From Eledone cirrhosa (lineage: Eukaryota), in the NCBI GenBank assembly GCA_964016885.1, contig OZ024744.1, forward strand, positions 60,822,001 to 60,886,000: a DNA stretch of 64,000 nucleotides. The letters run 5' to 3'. The notes beneath the pieces are model-generated. The model was not told where the DNA came from and did no database searches. It was given only the letters and a program-made list of their open reading frames with translations. Positions within the stretch are counted from its first letter, which is position 1. Each line of letters starts with the position of its first letter. Of this stretch, positions 40,663 to 55,349 are shown piece by piece. A program made the position numbers and the translations under genes.

Positions 40663-41719
40663 AGATATATTTTGGATATATAAGTTTTGAAATTGATATC
40701 TATTAAAAATGAAATTGAGGCTGAGTTAAAACAACATCTTATAATGGAAAATATATATACACACACACACAAAACCATATGCGCGCATCTATACGTACAT
40801 CCATATACACTCTCACATAGATATATATATATGCGCATTAACCATATATATACACTCATACACACACATACCCCCCCCCCCACACATACACACACACACA
40901 TATACATATATATATACATACAGACACATACACATACGTACAAACACATATATTCATACAATATATATATACACACTCACGATAATAAACACATGCACAT
41001 ATATACAGTAAGAAAGGCCATGCATAGATATAAAAAAAATTATAAAAATTAACTAAAACAAAATATATATATATAAAAAATATATGATGAAAGATACAAA
41101 TGCTGGCCAAACAAAACACTCACACACATGCATACACACTCACATTTATATATAGATAGACATAGGGGATGTTTTACATGTTGCCTGGTTTAATATCATC
41201 ACCTAGTCATGTCCTTGCTCACATTGTTTTCCTGCATATGTTCAAATAAATATCATCTGTATCAATATCACCACTCTCAGAATGCTTGTGGTAGTCATGG
41301 GCACTGTCTCTTCCTTCACACATACCCGTAAATGTAGTAATATATATATATATATATAATTATCATCATCATCATCATTTAATGTCTATTTTCCACGCTA
41401 GCATGGGTTAGACAGGTTTGTCTCACTAGAGGCAAATTGGGTCAGGTGATCGTGTCTCACTCATATAGGATTGTTTCTGGATAGATTTCTATGGCTGGAT
41501 GCCCTTCCTAATGCCAACCACATTTACAGTGTGTGCTGGGTGTTTTTTGCCATGTCTCCTACATGACCACCTTACAGTGTGGACTGGGTGCTTTTTGCCA
41601 TGATTCCTACACGACCACTTTACAGTGGACTGGGTGCTTTTTGTTGTGACACCTACACGACTATTTTACAGTGTAGGCTGGATGTTTTTGTGATACCAAC
41701 ATAACTTTACAGAGTAAGG

Positions 41720-42075
41720 GTGGTGTAGGAGAGTGGGGTGCATATATTGGAATGACATCTAACAAATTTAAGACCCGGTGGTATGCTCATACCCACAGAA
41801 GACCGGACAAATCCGACCAAGCAACACTCACCACCTATGTATGGGACCTTAAGAGGAACTCCCACCCCTTTCATCCTCAAATGGAAATTACTCCAGAGAA
41901 CACGCTCATACATAGGAGGACACAAGTGTTGCAGCCTTTGTATTTCGGAAAGCTAGGAAATACTATTCGTCAAGGGCCCTACACTGAACAAACTCCCTGA
42001 ACACTGCCCGAACTGCATGCACAAAAACTATGCAACGTATAAATCCTACAAACCAGTTTTGCCCCCAGAACGATA
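41720..42075 (+). mobile_element. Penelope-like element GIY-YIG endonuclease fragment (frameshifted)
   Basis: AYIGMTSNKFKTRWYAH...TLTTYVWDLK, then in another frame KWKLLQRTRSY...CSLCISE, later LNK and CMHK; Cys-containing GIY-YIG type reminiscent of Naiad-like PLEs. Confidence 0.7.
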
Positions 42076-43584
42076 GTTTAAAAAAAACACATCACTTGAC
42101 AAAATAGCTCCCCTCTCCATCCCACCCCTGCCCTCAATCTACACCCTCTTTCGGTCAGCCTCACAGTATTGTAAGTACTCTTACCTACTTGCCTTTTCTA
42201 CTCTATAAGCAAACTTGTATGTGTGTGTATATATGTATGTATGCATCTGCATATATATATCATCATCATCATTTTACGTCAGCTTTTCCCTGCTTTTGTG
42301 TATATTTGTTTATGTGTGAGTGTGATGCATATATATATATGCGTATGTGTGTGTATATATATGTATGTGTGTATGTATATATATGTATATGTGTATGTGT
42401 ATATATATATATATATGCGTGTGTGTGTGTGTGTATTTTTTGTTTGTATACATTTGTTTACATCCATATGTGTGTGTGATTGTAAACATTTTGCAGACTT
42501 TAACAGAGCATGTTAATACAGCCACTTAATGAAAACCCTTTGTTTGCTTAGAATAAATGAACCTTGAAAATTAGGAGTGCCTGCATTGTTTCATTCTGTA
42601 TTACTATGTATTTTTCTCTAAGTACAGTTTTTTCAAAGAACCCCCATTCTTTAAATCCATCAGCCAATGACCTCCATCCATCCCAATCACCACCTACCCC
42701 TACCAACAGAAAATATATAAATACCATCACATCACCTTGACAGTCAGCTTTCCTGATAATTTCCTTCGAATGAAATAGTTCTAGTCCTGTAGAAGCCATT
42801 TCTATATTAAATATTTATACTCTATGTATTGAGTACCTTACTTACTGTGGTTACCTCCGACTGAAGCCGACACACACACACACACACACACACATAGTCT
42901 CGCCAAATACAATATTTAATGTGTGTTTAATTTTTTTAACCATTTTTATTCTAAACCATCTGAAACTATTCCTAGTTTTGTCATACAAAGATGTTTATTT
43001 TAAAGTATTTATATTTATCTAAAAATATTTCATCATAATTTTATGTAAGAACCTTTGATAATGGGAAAGTTAGTTATATTACTAAATCCCTCCAAAAACT
43101 CGATTATTTTCAAAATTATTTGGAAATAATGGAGAGTCTCTTTTGTTATAAATATGAGAAACAAAAGGGTTTAGACAATATTATTTGAAGGAGATTTTGT
43201 TGCTATATATAATATGTTGAATGAGAGCAATGAGTCCTCACATCAGCTTATTGCAGTGGTGTTAACCAGAGATGTTTATCATTCAAACACCAAGTGGTTG
43301 TATTAACGGACTATGCATTAGGCCTAAAGTGGTGTTAAACCAGACGGTTTGTAGCACCTCATCCACACACAAAAACCCCCAGATGTGTGTTAAATTGATT
43401 GAAATTAGGCTTATTATCTAAAGTAATTGTTTCTACTTTTGGCACAAGGCCAGCAATTATCCCAGTGTATTAATGGTACTTTATTTTATCGACTCCGTAA
43501 GGATGAATGAATTGACAGTGCCATTCGAGTACATCAGAGTTATTTGTTCCAGCTCTCAGTGGTCAATTTTGCCTTTCTCTGCAA

Positions 43585-43970
43585 ATAAAGTGGCTGAAAT
43601 GGGATTCCTCCAAAGGGTCTTTGGAGTAACGTTACATGATAAAGAGTGTAGCTCTGAGATCAGAGTCACTCCATGTAGAGTGGCTACCTCACCGAATTCA
43701 GAGATAACAGCTCTGATACTGTGGGCATGTGGTTAGAATGTCTCAGGAAAGAATTGCTGGACAGACTTTATGAGCAAAACCAACCAAGAGACACAGGAGT
43801 AGACCCTGGGCAAGATGGTTAGATAACATCCATGAGCTTGGTTGGTCACGCATGGGGATCCAGTTGGATCAGTTGGAGACGATTGCATCTGACAGGACCC
43901 GTTGGAAGGAGTGTTTGAAGACTCTGCCCCAACTACCCTCTCAGGAATAAGTTGGTGAAGAAGAAGAAGA
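43585..43970 (+). mobile_element. RTE-like LINE 3' end with (GAA)n tail
   Basis: AEMGFLQRVFGVTL...W.GHVVRM..RP..RW remnants; GAAGAAGAAGAAGA terminus. Confidence 0.6.
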
Positions 43971-45160
43971 TCCTTTTGGGGTGAATAAAATGAAGTACCA
44001 TACCGTGGTGGTAGACTGGAGGAATGGGATGCCTTGTGGAATCTGTTCCTGCAATTTACATTCTAAGTTCTAATTCCAATTGGAGATTCAAATCTCACAA
44101 ATGATCAGGACTAACCACCCGACCAAGGGAACACAGCTGATTACAAAATCTGCAATGGGTGGATAAGGATTGGAGCTGTATGTTATTACAGTGGAACTAT
44201 GATAATGATGATGGCAGTGATGGTAATTATGATGAGGATAAGGATAATGGCCATGAAAATGATTGTAATGATGATGATAGTGGTGGTGACCCAAAATGAA
44301 CTCACTAATAGCACCTAATAACCAGATATTGTAGTTGTTATGGCTCACCTACATAGGTTTAGCTGGTCTCCAATTGGGTTCTATCTTGGATCTTTTAATG
44401 AAAAAGCCAACACTCTACATCTTGTAGTAGTTGTTATGGTTCACACATATGCTGTCCACCACTCCTTATGAAGTTACATATCATAGGAAGTTTCTTGAGT
44501 GTTTTAATGATAGGACACCTATCCTACCTAAAGCAGTAGGATTTGAACTCAGAATGTACAGAGCTGGGACAAATACTGCAAAGCATTTTGTCTGACACTA
44601 ATAATTCTGCCAATCCACCAACCCTGGACTGGTACTTATTTATTGATCTTGAAGAAATGAAAGACAAACATGAGTTTGGTAGGAAATGATCTCAGTGCAC
44701 AGAGAACCAGAACAAATACTGCAAGGTTATCAACTTAGTTAGACACTAACAATTATGCTAATTTACCACTTTTGGTGATGGTGGTGTTGGTATTTGTAGT
44801 GTGACTTTACTGCAATCAAAAATATTCACCACTGTTGCACCCCAACAACATAACCTTTTCATTACTATATTTCTAATGAAAGACATTGCCCATGATTTTT
44901 AAAATAATGTTTGAAAATATTCAAGAATTTAGTAATATAACTAACTTTGTCATTATTAAGTTGTTTGGAGTATAACTTAAATTATAATGAAAGATTTTTT
45001 TTAATTCAAGTATAATCACTTTAAAATAGTTTTGTGTTTTAGAATTAGGGCCACTTTCAGATGGTTTGGTATCAAATGAGTTACAAAAATCCCCAAACAG
45101 ACAGATAATGACACCAGCAAAAAAAACAAAACAAACGAGAGAGAGAGAAACAAATGTTAC

Positions 45161-45538
45161 CTGTCGTTTTGAATTGGATACAAGAAGAGGAAGGCTTTCG
45201 TGACGTCTTGATGCTGTTGCTGACGATGATGAGGTTGATGATGATGACGAAGACGATTTGGACCTTAGAGAAGGGCCCGCCGAAGTAGAAGCTGTTTGGT
45301 TGGCGTTTTTCAGTCCTTCCAGTAACCTTATTAGCAGGATGTTAGATGGCAAGTCCTCAACGCGATACGACACCAGCGTTCTACATTCAGGACATCGGAG
45401 CTCTTTCTTGGTGCTCACTATCTCGTCGAGACACCGTCGACAAAATGTGTGTTGGCATGGTAGCACTTTGCTTGTGTGGTCGAGTCTTTCTAGACAGACT
45501 GAACATTCCAGTAGCTCATTCAACGCCTGTTCATCCAT
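45161..45538 (-). CDS. SH3RF1: SH3 domain-containing RING finger E3 ligase (POSH/SH3RF family), first coding exon: C3HC4 RING plus Ser-rich linker
   Basis: [37 protein letters not shown]...CPECR is the POSH-type N-terminal RING. Donor CAG|GTAACA at 45161/45160; 378 nt, phase 0. The symbol denotes the family (invertebrate POSH), not a specific vertebrate paralogue. Confidence 0.95.
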
Positions 45539-46166
45539 CTTTTTTTTTAACCAAGAGAAAGGAATAAAAAAAGAATGAAATGATTTATTTTATTATTTAA
45601 TAATACTTCTACTACTATTACTAACAAAAATTATATTTGCCACAAGGGTAGTGGATGGAAATGTGACATTAGACAAAATGGCTATTCATTGGCTGTGGAT
45701 GCACAAAAAAAACAACAAAATGTACATGAAAAAAAAAAAATGAAATAAAAACATATATACACACGTGTATATCATAATATAAATGGTTAACATTATATGC
45801 ACTGGCCTGGTGCCTAAAGTAGAAACAATTATTTTTAATGATAAACTTAAATAATACATTTATGCACACTTTGTTCAATAGCTTGATCCAGTGAAAGTAA
45901 TGTGATGACTATGGGTAAACAATTGTAATTTATTCAGCTAGACATTTAAATAAGATATATTTGATGCTGAAAATCTATCAGGTCACTTTAGTGTAATACT
46001 CTATATGGTTGCCTGAATACAGATACACAGTTTGTTTACTGTAACTAGTTCTATCACATTTTTCCATCATATTTTAGCATGTATAAATGTACTATTTAAG
46101 TTATACCAATGACTCTTAGCTTTTGACTCACTCATATTGGTTCACAGTTACAATGTATATATAAAA

Positions 46167-46767
46167 GCTAATTTTAGGTTTAATCAATACATATAAAATA
46201 TATATCAATAATGTTTCTCAGTATAAAGCTCAATAAACTTCTGTTCAGAACATCAATTATATCAGTTTAAATGATATATAACAGGATATATCAATTGAGA
46301 AACAGTTAATATTTTGTACATATATACAGAACAAATAATATGTAAATAAATATACATTCTTCAAAATGGTATAATGGCTTACAATTCCATAGACAACTGT
46401 TAGCAACCTTCAATGTTAGTAATTAGTATTAATCATCAATTTTGGTAATAAGCATCCTAAGACCTTGATTTCCTTCTTCGGTATGGTTTGGTCTTGGTTA
46501 TATAAATCTCACACTGCACAAAAATACTAATCATCTGCCCGAGGAAGACTTGTAAGCCATTATACCATTTTGAAGAATGTATATTTATTTACATATTATT
46601 TGTTCTGTATATATGTACAAAATATTAACTGTTTGTCAATTGATATATCCTCTTATATATCGTTTAAATTGATATTATTGATGTTCTGAACTGGAATTTA
46701 TTGAGCTTTATACTGAGAAACATTATTGATATATATTTTATATGTATTGATTAAATCTAAAATTAGC
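46167..46767. repeat. Long inverted repeat (~218-bp arms, ~165-bp spacer)
   Basis: 46167-46384 is a high-identity reverse complement of 46550-46767. Confidence 0.9.
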
Positions 46768-48360
46768 ATATATCTATTCTTAATTTGTCTAAATTAGTTT
46801 GAGTTGTCTAAATGGGACTTGCTTGAAGCTTTTTCTAGCACTTCTGTCCTATCACATCTGCCCTTCCATTATAGTATATATATTTGGGGTCTTTAAACAG
46901 TACTTAGTTAAACTGCTATGCAAGTTTCATAGTTCCTTATGGAGAGAGGAGGGCAATTATAAAGGCAAGGTAATAAATATTTATGTTAACTGTTTGAATT
47001 ATTTCGGCATTACCTGTTTCATAAACATAAATACATCTAACTCATATCTCCTTACCTGTTCATGTTTATGAAACTACTGGTAATTTAGAAATAAGTCAAA
47101 CTGTTAACAATCTCAGCTGGATTGCACTTTTCCTTTGTTTGTATCCAATCCCATACATATATAGTTGTATCTGTATATATTGAGAATAGAGGTAACCAAC
47201 ACTGTGCACACCTTTATATATATCATCTAAGATGGCATTATCTAATGTGTTCTTCTATTTTTAAGACAGTAATAGTGTAATATGAGGGACAATTGTCTTA
47301 TTTGTAGCATCCTGAATGATGGGCTGTCATGTTACGAGACAAGTCAAGTCAGGTGACCACATCTTGCTCATACAGATCTGTTTTTGGCTTGTTTTTCTAT
47401 GCTGGATGTCCTTCCTAATGCTAACTATGTTACGTGGCAGACTGGGTGCTTTTTTGTCATGTCATCAGCACGATCACCTTAGAGAGTAGACTGGGTGATT
47501 TTTGTTGTGGCACCAGTACAACCAGCATACAGGCTTGGTTAGATGCTTACCATGACACCAATATAACCTCTTTACTAAGGTGCTTCTTTTACGGTGCCAG
47601 CATGACTACCTTATACAGTCGATTAACATTTATTTTTCATACGTGCATGGGTTAGACTGGTTGCCATATTGAGACAGAACAGCGCTTCAGAATTATATAA
47701 TATTAAAAGCCTCATATGTCTGTTTGTACCGTAACACTTTAGCATTTAAACTAGCCATATATGACCAGAATTCTCTCACCTCTTTCTGTTTAAACCAGCC
47801 ATAACCGGCCTCTCATATTTATGTTAAAGTATTGTTCGCAAAATAAATAATACCAAAATCTCATAGATTCAATATTATGTGAAAATATAATAGTAAATAT
47901 AGAGTAATGTAAATGCTAAAGGGTTAAATGTAGCTAAAACATTCCATTGTACCATAAAAATGTTTTGATTTATGAACTCTTAAACATATGCTCTTTACCT
48001 AAAATAACTTCCAGCAAATTTTGTGTATGAAACCCCTCAAAACAGAAGGATATTTTGTCTTATATAAATCAATACAGAGAAATGTCATTTGCAGGTATTA
48101 ATGGAGAACGAATGTGCTCCTAAAAAAAAAAAAAATGCAGATATATATATGAAAAAACACACAAAGATACATATATATGAAAACATACACATAAGAGATG
48201 TATATATAAAACATACACATCTAATAAAAAATGACATTAAGAATGAGAGAGCAGGGAATGAAATGAAGAAATACTGATAGGGAATGAAAAAGAGGAGTTG
48301 AAATGAACAACAAACGAGAGGGTGTTCTATAATTGTAGTGCATGTGTGTGTATGTATATA

Positions 48361-48419
<59 letters not shown>

Positions 48420-48774
48420 TATTCACATTTATTTATACATATATGTATATATACACATGATATATATGTATATGTTTGTGTGGATATAATATATACATAA
48501 TATCAAACATTTTTCACTTGCATGCACACACACAATAAATGATATACATTCCACTCTTAATTTAGTACTGATTTTTGTTTCATTGTTTCATAAAAGACAG
48601 CAAATGAACAAAAACAATATGAATCGGATCATTTACTGGTTTCAGTAATTTGACTCCTCTGTGAAGAGAACTGTCTTTAAGAGATTCATCAATCATATTG
48701 ATCCCAATAATTATTTCAATCTGGTACATATTACATTCATCTCTGAAACACTATATTACGGGACAAAAATAAGA

Positions 48775-48805
<31 letters not shown>

Positions 48806-49150
48806 CTTTAGTTTCCTACGTTCACTTACAAGGTATTAGTCAACCCATGGCTACAGTAGAAGACACCAGAACAAATCCAAAACCATGTGGTTGTGAAGCA
48901 TCCTTCATAACCAGACAGAGTCACCTGCACCTACATTAAACATTGCATACTTTATTGCATTCAGATATTGATGCAGTGATCCTAAACTTCACCACAATAT
49001 GGGAACCGTTTCCCAAGCAGTGGGCTGCATGGATATTTCTCATCATAAGGCAGTCCGCACTACTATAAAAATTCAAGGTAATTTTTTGTTAGGTGTGCCG
49101 CCATTCAAAAAGCCAAACGGGCTGAAGTTTCTCCTCGACTAGTTTAATGT

Positions 49151-49379
49151 TTAACCCTTTAGCATTCACATTACTCTATATATACTATTGAATTTTCACA
49201 GTAAATGCTTGAACTCACATAATTATCTCCCATAATATCGAATCTATGAGATTTTGATGTTATTTATTTTGATAACAATACCTTAACATTGGTATGAGTG
49301 GCTGGTTATGGCCAGCTTGAACACAAAGAGGTGAGAGAATTCTGGCAGGATCCAGCCAGTTGAAATGTTAAAGTGTTAA
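49151..49379. mobile_element. piggyBac-like MITE (further copies at 31701-31924 and 47732-47927)
   Basis: TTAA|CCCTTTAGCATT...AATGYTAAAGKG|TTAA termini; internal sequence shared by the three copies. Confidence 0.7.
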
Positions 49380-50585
49380 GGTTATGATTAGGATTTAAGC
49401 TTTATGGTTTAGTGTTTAGTTAGATTTAAATTTATGGTTAAATGGTGAAGAGTGAATTCAAAAATTGAATTCGCTTATTATTTTTGCAGAATCATATTCT
49501 CCAAAGTTTAAAGCATAGATATAAAAAAAAATTCCTAAAAATATAAAGTTTAGTAGGTGGATGCTTATTGCACCACTCCACTATATGATTTGCTGATATA
49601 CATACACACACACATATATATATATATAATAGACTGGACTGTCACGAATGGGATGACTTTGTGCTATTTCCTTTTATAGTGGTTTGAAATGCAAATAAAA
49701 TTCTCCTTTACAAATGCTATTAACATTGTCTTTGAAATAATACATTCATATAGTTTTATCATGTATCTAATTTAAAAAAAAGAAAAACAAGCACTGACTG
49801 CTTTATTTCCTACGCAAGGCCGGGTAGCCTACCTCATATATAAAATTAGAAGAGTTGAAATAATTAGCTTTTATGTATTGAATGTAAATATGAATATTGG
49901 ACTAGCGAAATGAATGTAAACAATGAGAAAATATGTAGAGCGCGCGCGCGCGCACAAGCCGAAACCGCTTGGCGCCGCGGTTGTGATTTTATTTATCACT
50001 AAGTATGTATATCTATATAATAGGAAAAAGAAAAAAAATATATATATATTGGTATATGTGTGTGTGTGTGAGTATGATCGGTCTTCATTGGAATGGATTT
50101 TCTCCAATAAAACCTAAATCTCCGCATGAAGGCAGCATGGCTGAATGGTTAAGATCGCTTCGCAATCATTAGGTCATGCTCAAGCAGACTGTTGCGCTGA
50201 TCGAACAACTGATACTCATCATGGAAACAGAGGAGGTCATTCTACCTTCCCGTAAAACTTCGAGTAAATACGGAATGAATCAGCGGCTTTTACAATATAT
50301 CCATTCTCTTTTTACTGAACTGCAGCCGTGTTGGGGGTCACCGCCATCAATGGGGTCTTTAATATATATATAAATCTCAACACTTATTTTAATTCTGGTA
50401 TTAAATTTATCGCTCTCCATTTGTCGTACCGCTACTTACTTAACGTAAAAGGGATAAAACATAAGCACTGGTGTTCAGGCCGGTTTAAAATACATGTACA
50501 TATGTAATTATGCGGTTTGACAAATAATGATCGATAACATAAATAACAGACCGAAATAAGAACGGGGGTGGATATGGTCAAACTA

Positions 50586-50646
<61 letters not shown>

Positions 50647-50923
50647 TTCATTTAACATATAAATATTTCCACACACATACGTTAGCTGTAATGAACAGGA
50701 AAAATAGTACACAATATATAGTTAGTAGTTTCTGTCTACAAAATTCGATTCAGAAAGTGTCAGCTATAGGCTATTGTTAGGAGTCACCCCGCAGAGGGAT
50801 CGAATTCCGAACTACATGGCTACAAAACGAAGTTCATAATCAGAAAGACAACACACACATTCCCACTGAAATCGAATGGGCTGTCATATATATATACATA
50901 TATACACACACACACACACACAC

Positions 50924-50962
<39 letters not shown>

Positions 50963-51027
50963 TTATACTTGGGGAGGGTCATATTTGTGTAATATTGCCA
51001 GAATTAATAACAGAACACACTCACTGT

Positions 51028-51500
<473 letters not shown>

Positions 51501-51545
51501 GTTATTGACGTAAGAATGAGTATTCAATACCGAAATAATAAATAC

Positions 51546-51577
<32 letters not shown>

Positions 51578-51766
51578 TGAATAAAGTAAATATATACGTT
51601 ATGCTATGTAATTATATAACATATATGTGCGTATGTATATGTATTATTCACTACAATACAGCTAACTAACGGTGGGTGGTGTTCCGATCTCGTCCGATCC
51701 GATAGTTTTGACATTTTCAAAGCAAAACAAATAAAGGTTTGTGACTAATGTCTATGTAGACACACA

Positions 51767-51801
<35 letters not shown>

Positions 51802-52014
51802 GAGACTAGAGGTATGAAACAAGTGGTGAGTGACACAGTTGAACCTGTCACACATCTAAGGGAACGGCGATGTCGTCGTTGTGGTGGTTGATCTAGATAT
51901 TATACAAAAACAAACCTAACTAATTTACTGACGAGACAAGGGAGTTTCTACTCGACCTGCAGCCAAATCACATATCACTTGCAACAAGCAACAAAAACAA
52001 AGGAAAGCCACATG

Positions 52015-52048
<34 letters not shown>

Positions 52049-52757
52049 TTAGCAAAATAAAGAAAATACGTATAGTAGATCTTGTGTGTCTATCTTTTGT
52101 ATATTTACACACACACATATGTAAATATGCGAAAGATACACATACAAAGATTTTCTATATGTAAAGTGTAACGTACACATATTTTCTTTTTTTTTTTAAA
52201 TCTGGGTACATTCGAGATTCATTCTTTCCATTCACTCATTTCACATAGACAATGGTCATAGCCTTCAACTAGTTTATAAATACTTGTAGAGCACCCTCGT
52301 TGAATATATGTAATCATTCAGTATAGCAATTTATGTAAAATGAAATGATGGTAGATGCCCGAATTCAACCGGTTAAACTTTTAACTATATCGTATTCCAT
52401 CTTTTACTCTATCAATAATTATGTGTGTGTGTGTGGTGTACACATACATTCATACACACTAGATGTATGTTCGAACTAATCAATTACTCGAAATTAAAGA
52501 GATAACAGCCAAATCTTCAAATAACATCCAATGGATAACGTAGTTCTAGGTGCACTATATCTGAAAAACAAAAACAAAATAAAGATGGTACGGTCACGGA
52601 TGTAACGTCTTTTAGATCATAGGTTTTGCTGGACCAGGGCTAACCTGAAATTAAACAACAGCGATCGAGTTGAAAAGCTCTCACATCTGAATGTGTGTGT
52701 GTGTGTATACATATACAATATATTAACAAATGGAAACTATATTTATAAAACCATATT

Positions 52758-52823
52758 TATTTTATTATACATATTTCAAGGGCCACCAAGTCAAACTATG
52801 GTGCGCTTTCATCAGATAAAATA
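52758..52823 (-). ncRNA. Type I minimal hammerhead ribozyme, intact core (opposite polarity)
   Basis: Minus strand TATTTTAT-CTGATGA-AAGCGCACCA(tagtttgact)TGGTGGCCCTT-GAAATATGTATA-ATAAAATA; predicted cut 52766/52765. Confidence 0.8.
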
Positions 52824-52909
52824 CAATACAGATTTGTTTTATAACGGTTGGAGCTTCCTGGAAAGCTCCAACCGTTATAAAACAACATTTATAAAACAAA
52901 TCTGTATTG

Positions 52910-52975
52910 TATTTTATCTGATGAAAGCGCACCATAGTTTGCCTTAGTAGCCCTTGAAATATGTATAATAAAATA
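52910..52975 (+). ncRNA. Type I minimal hammerhead ribozyme, intact core
   Basis: Stem I TATTTTAT(52910-17)/ATAAAATA(52968-75); CTGATGA 52918-24; stem II AAGCGC...GCCCTT; GAAA 52956-59; stem III ATA-tg-TAT; AUA cleavage triplet, predicted cut 52967/52968. Confidence 0.8.
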
Positions 52976-53144
52976 AATATAGTTTCCATTTGTTAATACA
53001 TTGTATATTTACTCCACTAATCTGTTGGGTGCTTTATATCAGTTATAAAAAATTTTAAGCTTGTTGAATCCCAACAAATTAAATATAACCTCTGCATATA
53101 TATATATATATTAGTATTGGTGCTCTGAAATAGTGATGTATACA

Positions 53145-53198
<54 letters not shown>

Positions 53199-53530
53199 CA
53201 TACATATATATACATACATACATATCGTTTGTCGCGTATGTCGTTATAAATTTTAGTCATTTTGTATGGGAACGTTGTTTGGGAGTTTAAATAACACCAA
53301 AGAAGTTTTGTTAGGAAATGTCAAGCAGGTTGTACAAATTAATAAAATAAATAATAATCCCACACTTTGTCTAAACAACATTCCAGTGGAGTTGTTTGGT
53401 TAGTTTACTTTCTGCTTTGAACCAACATAAGGGTTTTACTAGGCTCTAAACAATTTATTATTGTTGCTTATAACCTCGGGTCAATTTTGATAGCGCACAC
53501 CTCTACAACCGAAAGAACATTCCAGCCGTT

Positions 53531-53575
<45 letters not shown>

Positions 53576-53877
53576 TGCAGTAGAACTGTCTGTGACAGTG
53601 ACCAGGTCGCAGACTGTGTGACGAAAATTTTGATACCAAAAAATAAACGATAAATATAAAGTGAAGTTGACAGTTTTTGTATTTTTGAATAGCAAGAATG
53701 CCTCTTCTATACTGTAATTGCTTTAGTTTCAACACACGATCTCAGATCAAGTCACTTGCAAGACAAATAAATACAAACAACTCCGGAATACACACACACA
53801 TACATACATACATACATACATACATACATACATACATACATACATACATACATACATACATACATACATACATACAT

Positions 53878-53909
<32 letters not shown>

Positions 53910-54646
53910 GATACTAATCATATTATCCTATTTTAATGAAATCGTACGTTCAAGAGAAAAGGTTTGAATTTCGCAGGGGTGGTTATGGAATTCAATAAGC
54001 AAAATGCTTGTCTTACCTCCAAAACATTTATTTTTTCATTTCAACGAAGCATTAATATTATATACGTTAGTTCTTGCCCAGAGAATTGTTGAAACCACTG
54101 AGATATTATTTTAGATTATAACAGCATCGACCCCAGAATATAGCGGTTGGTTGTTTTATTGACATACGAATTAAAAAAATTGGTTGTGAAATAGAAAATT
54201 AGTATAGGCATATAACACAAGAATTAAAACCTATCATTTAAGTTTGTGATAAAGTTCAACTGTTATATATATATATATGTATATATATATAGGTTACTCC
54301 TGGTTTTGGGGAGAATATTAGGCGTTGAATGTAGTTGTAGTAGTAGTAGAAAGATGGTTTGATGACAGGTTGGCACGTATGTCGTCCATATAAAGTTTGG
54401 CTTTTTTTTTTTTTATATAGCCGCAGCTTTTATATAGTCTGGCAAAGATAGATCTAGATATACTCAAGCCGAGAAAAAGAAATACTTTTTATCGTACGTG
54501 GTGGTCACACAATGTGCTAGAAATAACAACCAAATCTCCCACTCCACTTCTATTTCATTAAAACAAACAAGGACACGTTGGATAACGTAATTCTAGAGAT
54601 TATATACTACTACTACTGCTGCTACATACCGCTATGATATATATAT

Positions 54647-54708
<62 letters not shown>

Positions 54709-55349
54709 CGTGTGCGTGTGTGTGTTAGCTATAACAGCCATACGACCTGGTAGAAATATCAAATCTCACACTAAAATCACGGAGTACTGTCTTAAATTAC
54801 GAAGCGCACATTGCATAATGTATTCCTTAGATACCTATATATACAAACTACTATATATATAGGAAGCTCTAAACGGTCACTCGACAAGCTAGAAATAGCA
54901 GCGAAATCTCTCTACAATCACAGTACTGATTTTCTGGCGGAAAGAATTTGAATGATCAGATTACATAAGACAAGATGGTCACGATTGGAACGTCTTCGAT
55001 AATAAGTCCGATCGGTCAGAGCTAACGTGGAACTAAACAACAACTAAGCACGATATACTTTATATATTATACACCATATATATATTATAGTCACTGTTGG
55101 AACGACTTTGATTTTAGTTCTGCTGGATCAAGGCTGACATAGGGCTAAATAACAACTATGGATAAATAAATAGACAACATAGTAAATAGTAAAGGTACAT
55201 ATATATATATAATATTCATGTGAGCAACAGAGAAAAAGAACCGAGTGGGTAACCGACAGGGTAAGACAGATAGAAAAGGAGAGCAAGTGTGTGAAAGATT
55301 TTCAACTTTTGTAAGGTGTAAAGAAAGATAAATGAAATTTGAAACACAC

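Larger units (their letters stand above)
52711..53008. mobile_element. Near-complete palindromic (foldback) element carrying two divergent hammerhead ribozymes
   Basis: Left and right halves are reverse complements around the central hairpin TTGTTTTATAACGGTTGGAGCTT-cctgga-AAGCTCCAACCGTTATAAAACAA; a truncated relative lies at ~571-650. Confidence 0.85.

Noticed and set aside
42745-42800. HHR-like CTGATAA-TTTC..GAAT-GAAATAGTTCTAGTC
   Set aside because: Core mutated and stem I not contiguous; too degenerate to call.
44921-45160. C-terminal extension of the RING ORF (VTFVSLSLV...)
   Set aside because: Read-through into the intron after the CAG|GTAACA donor.
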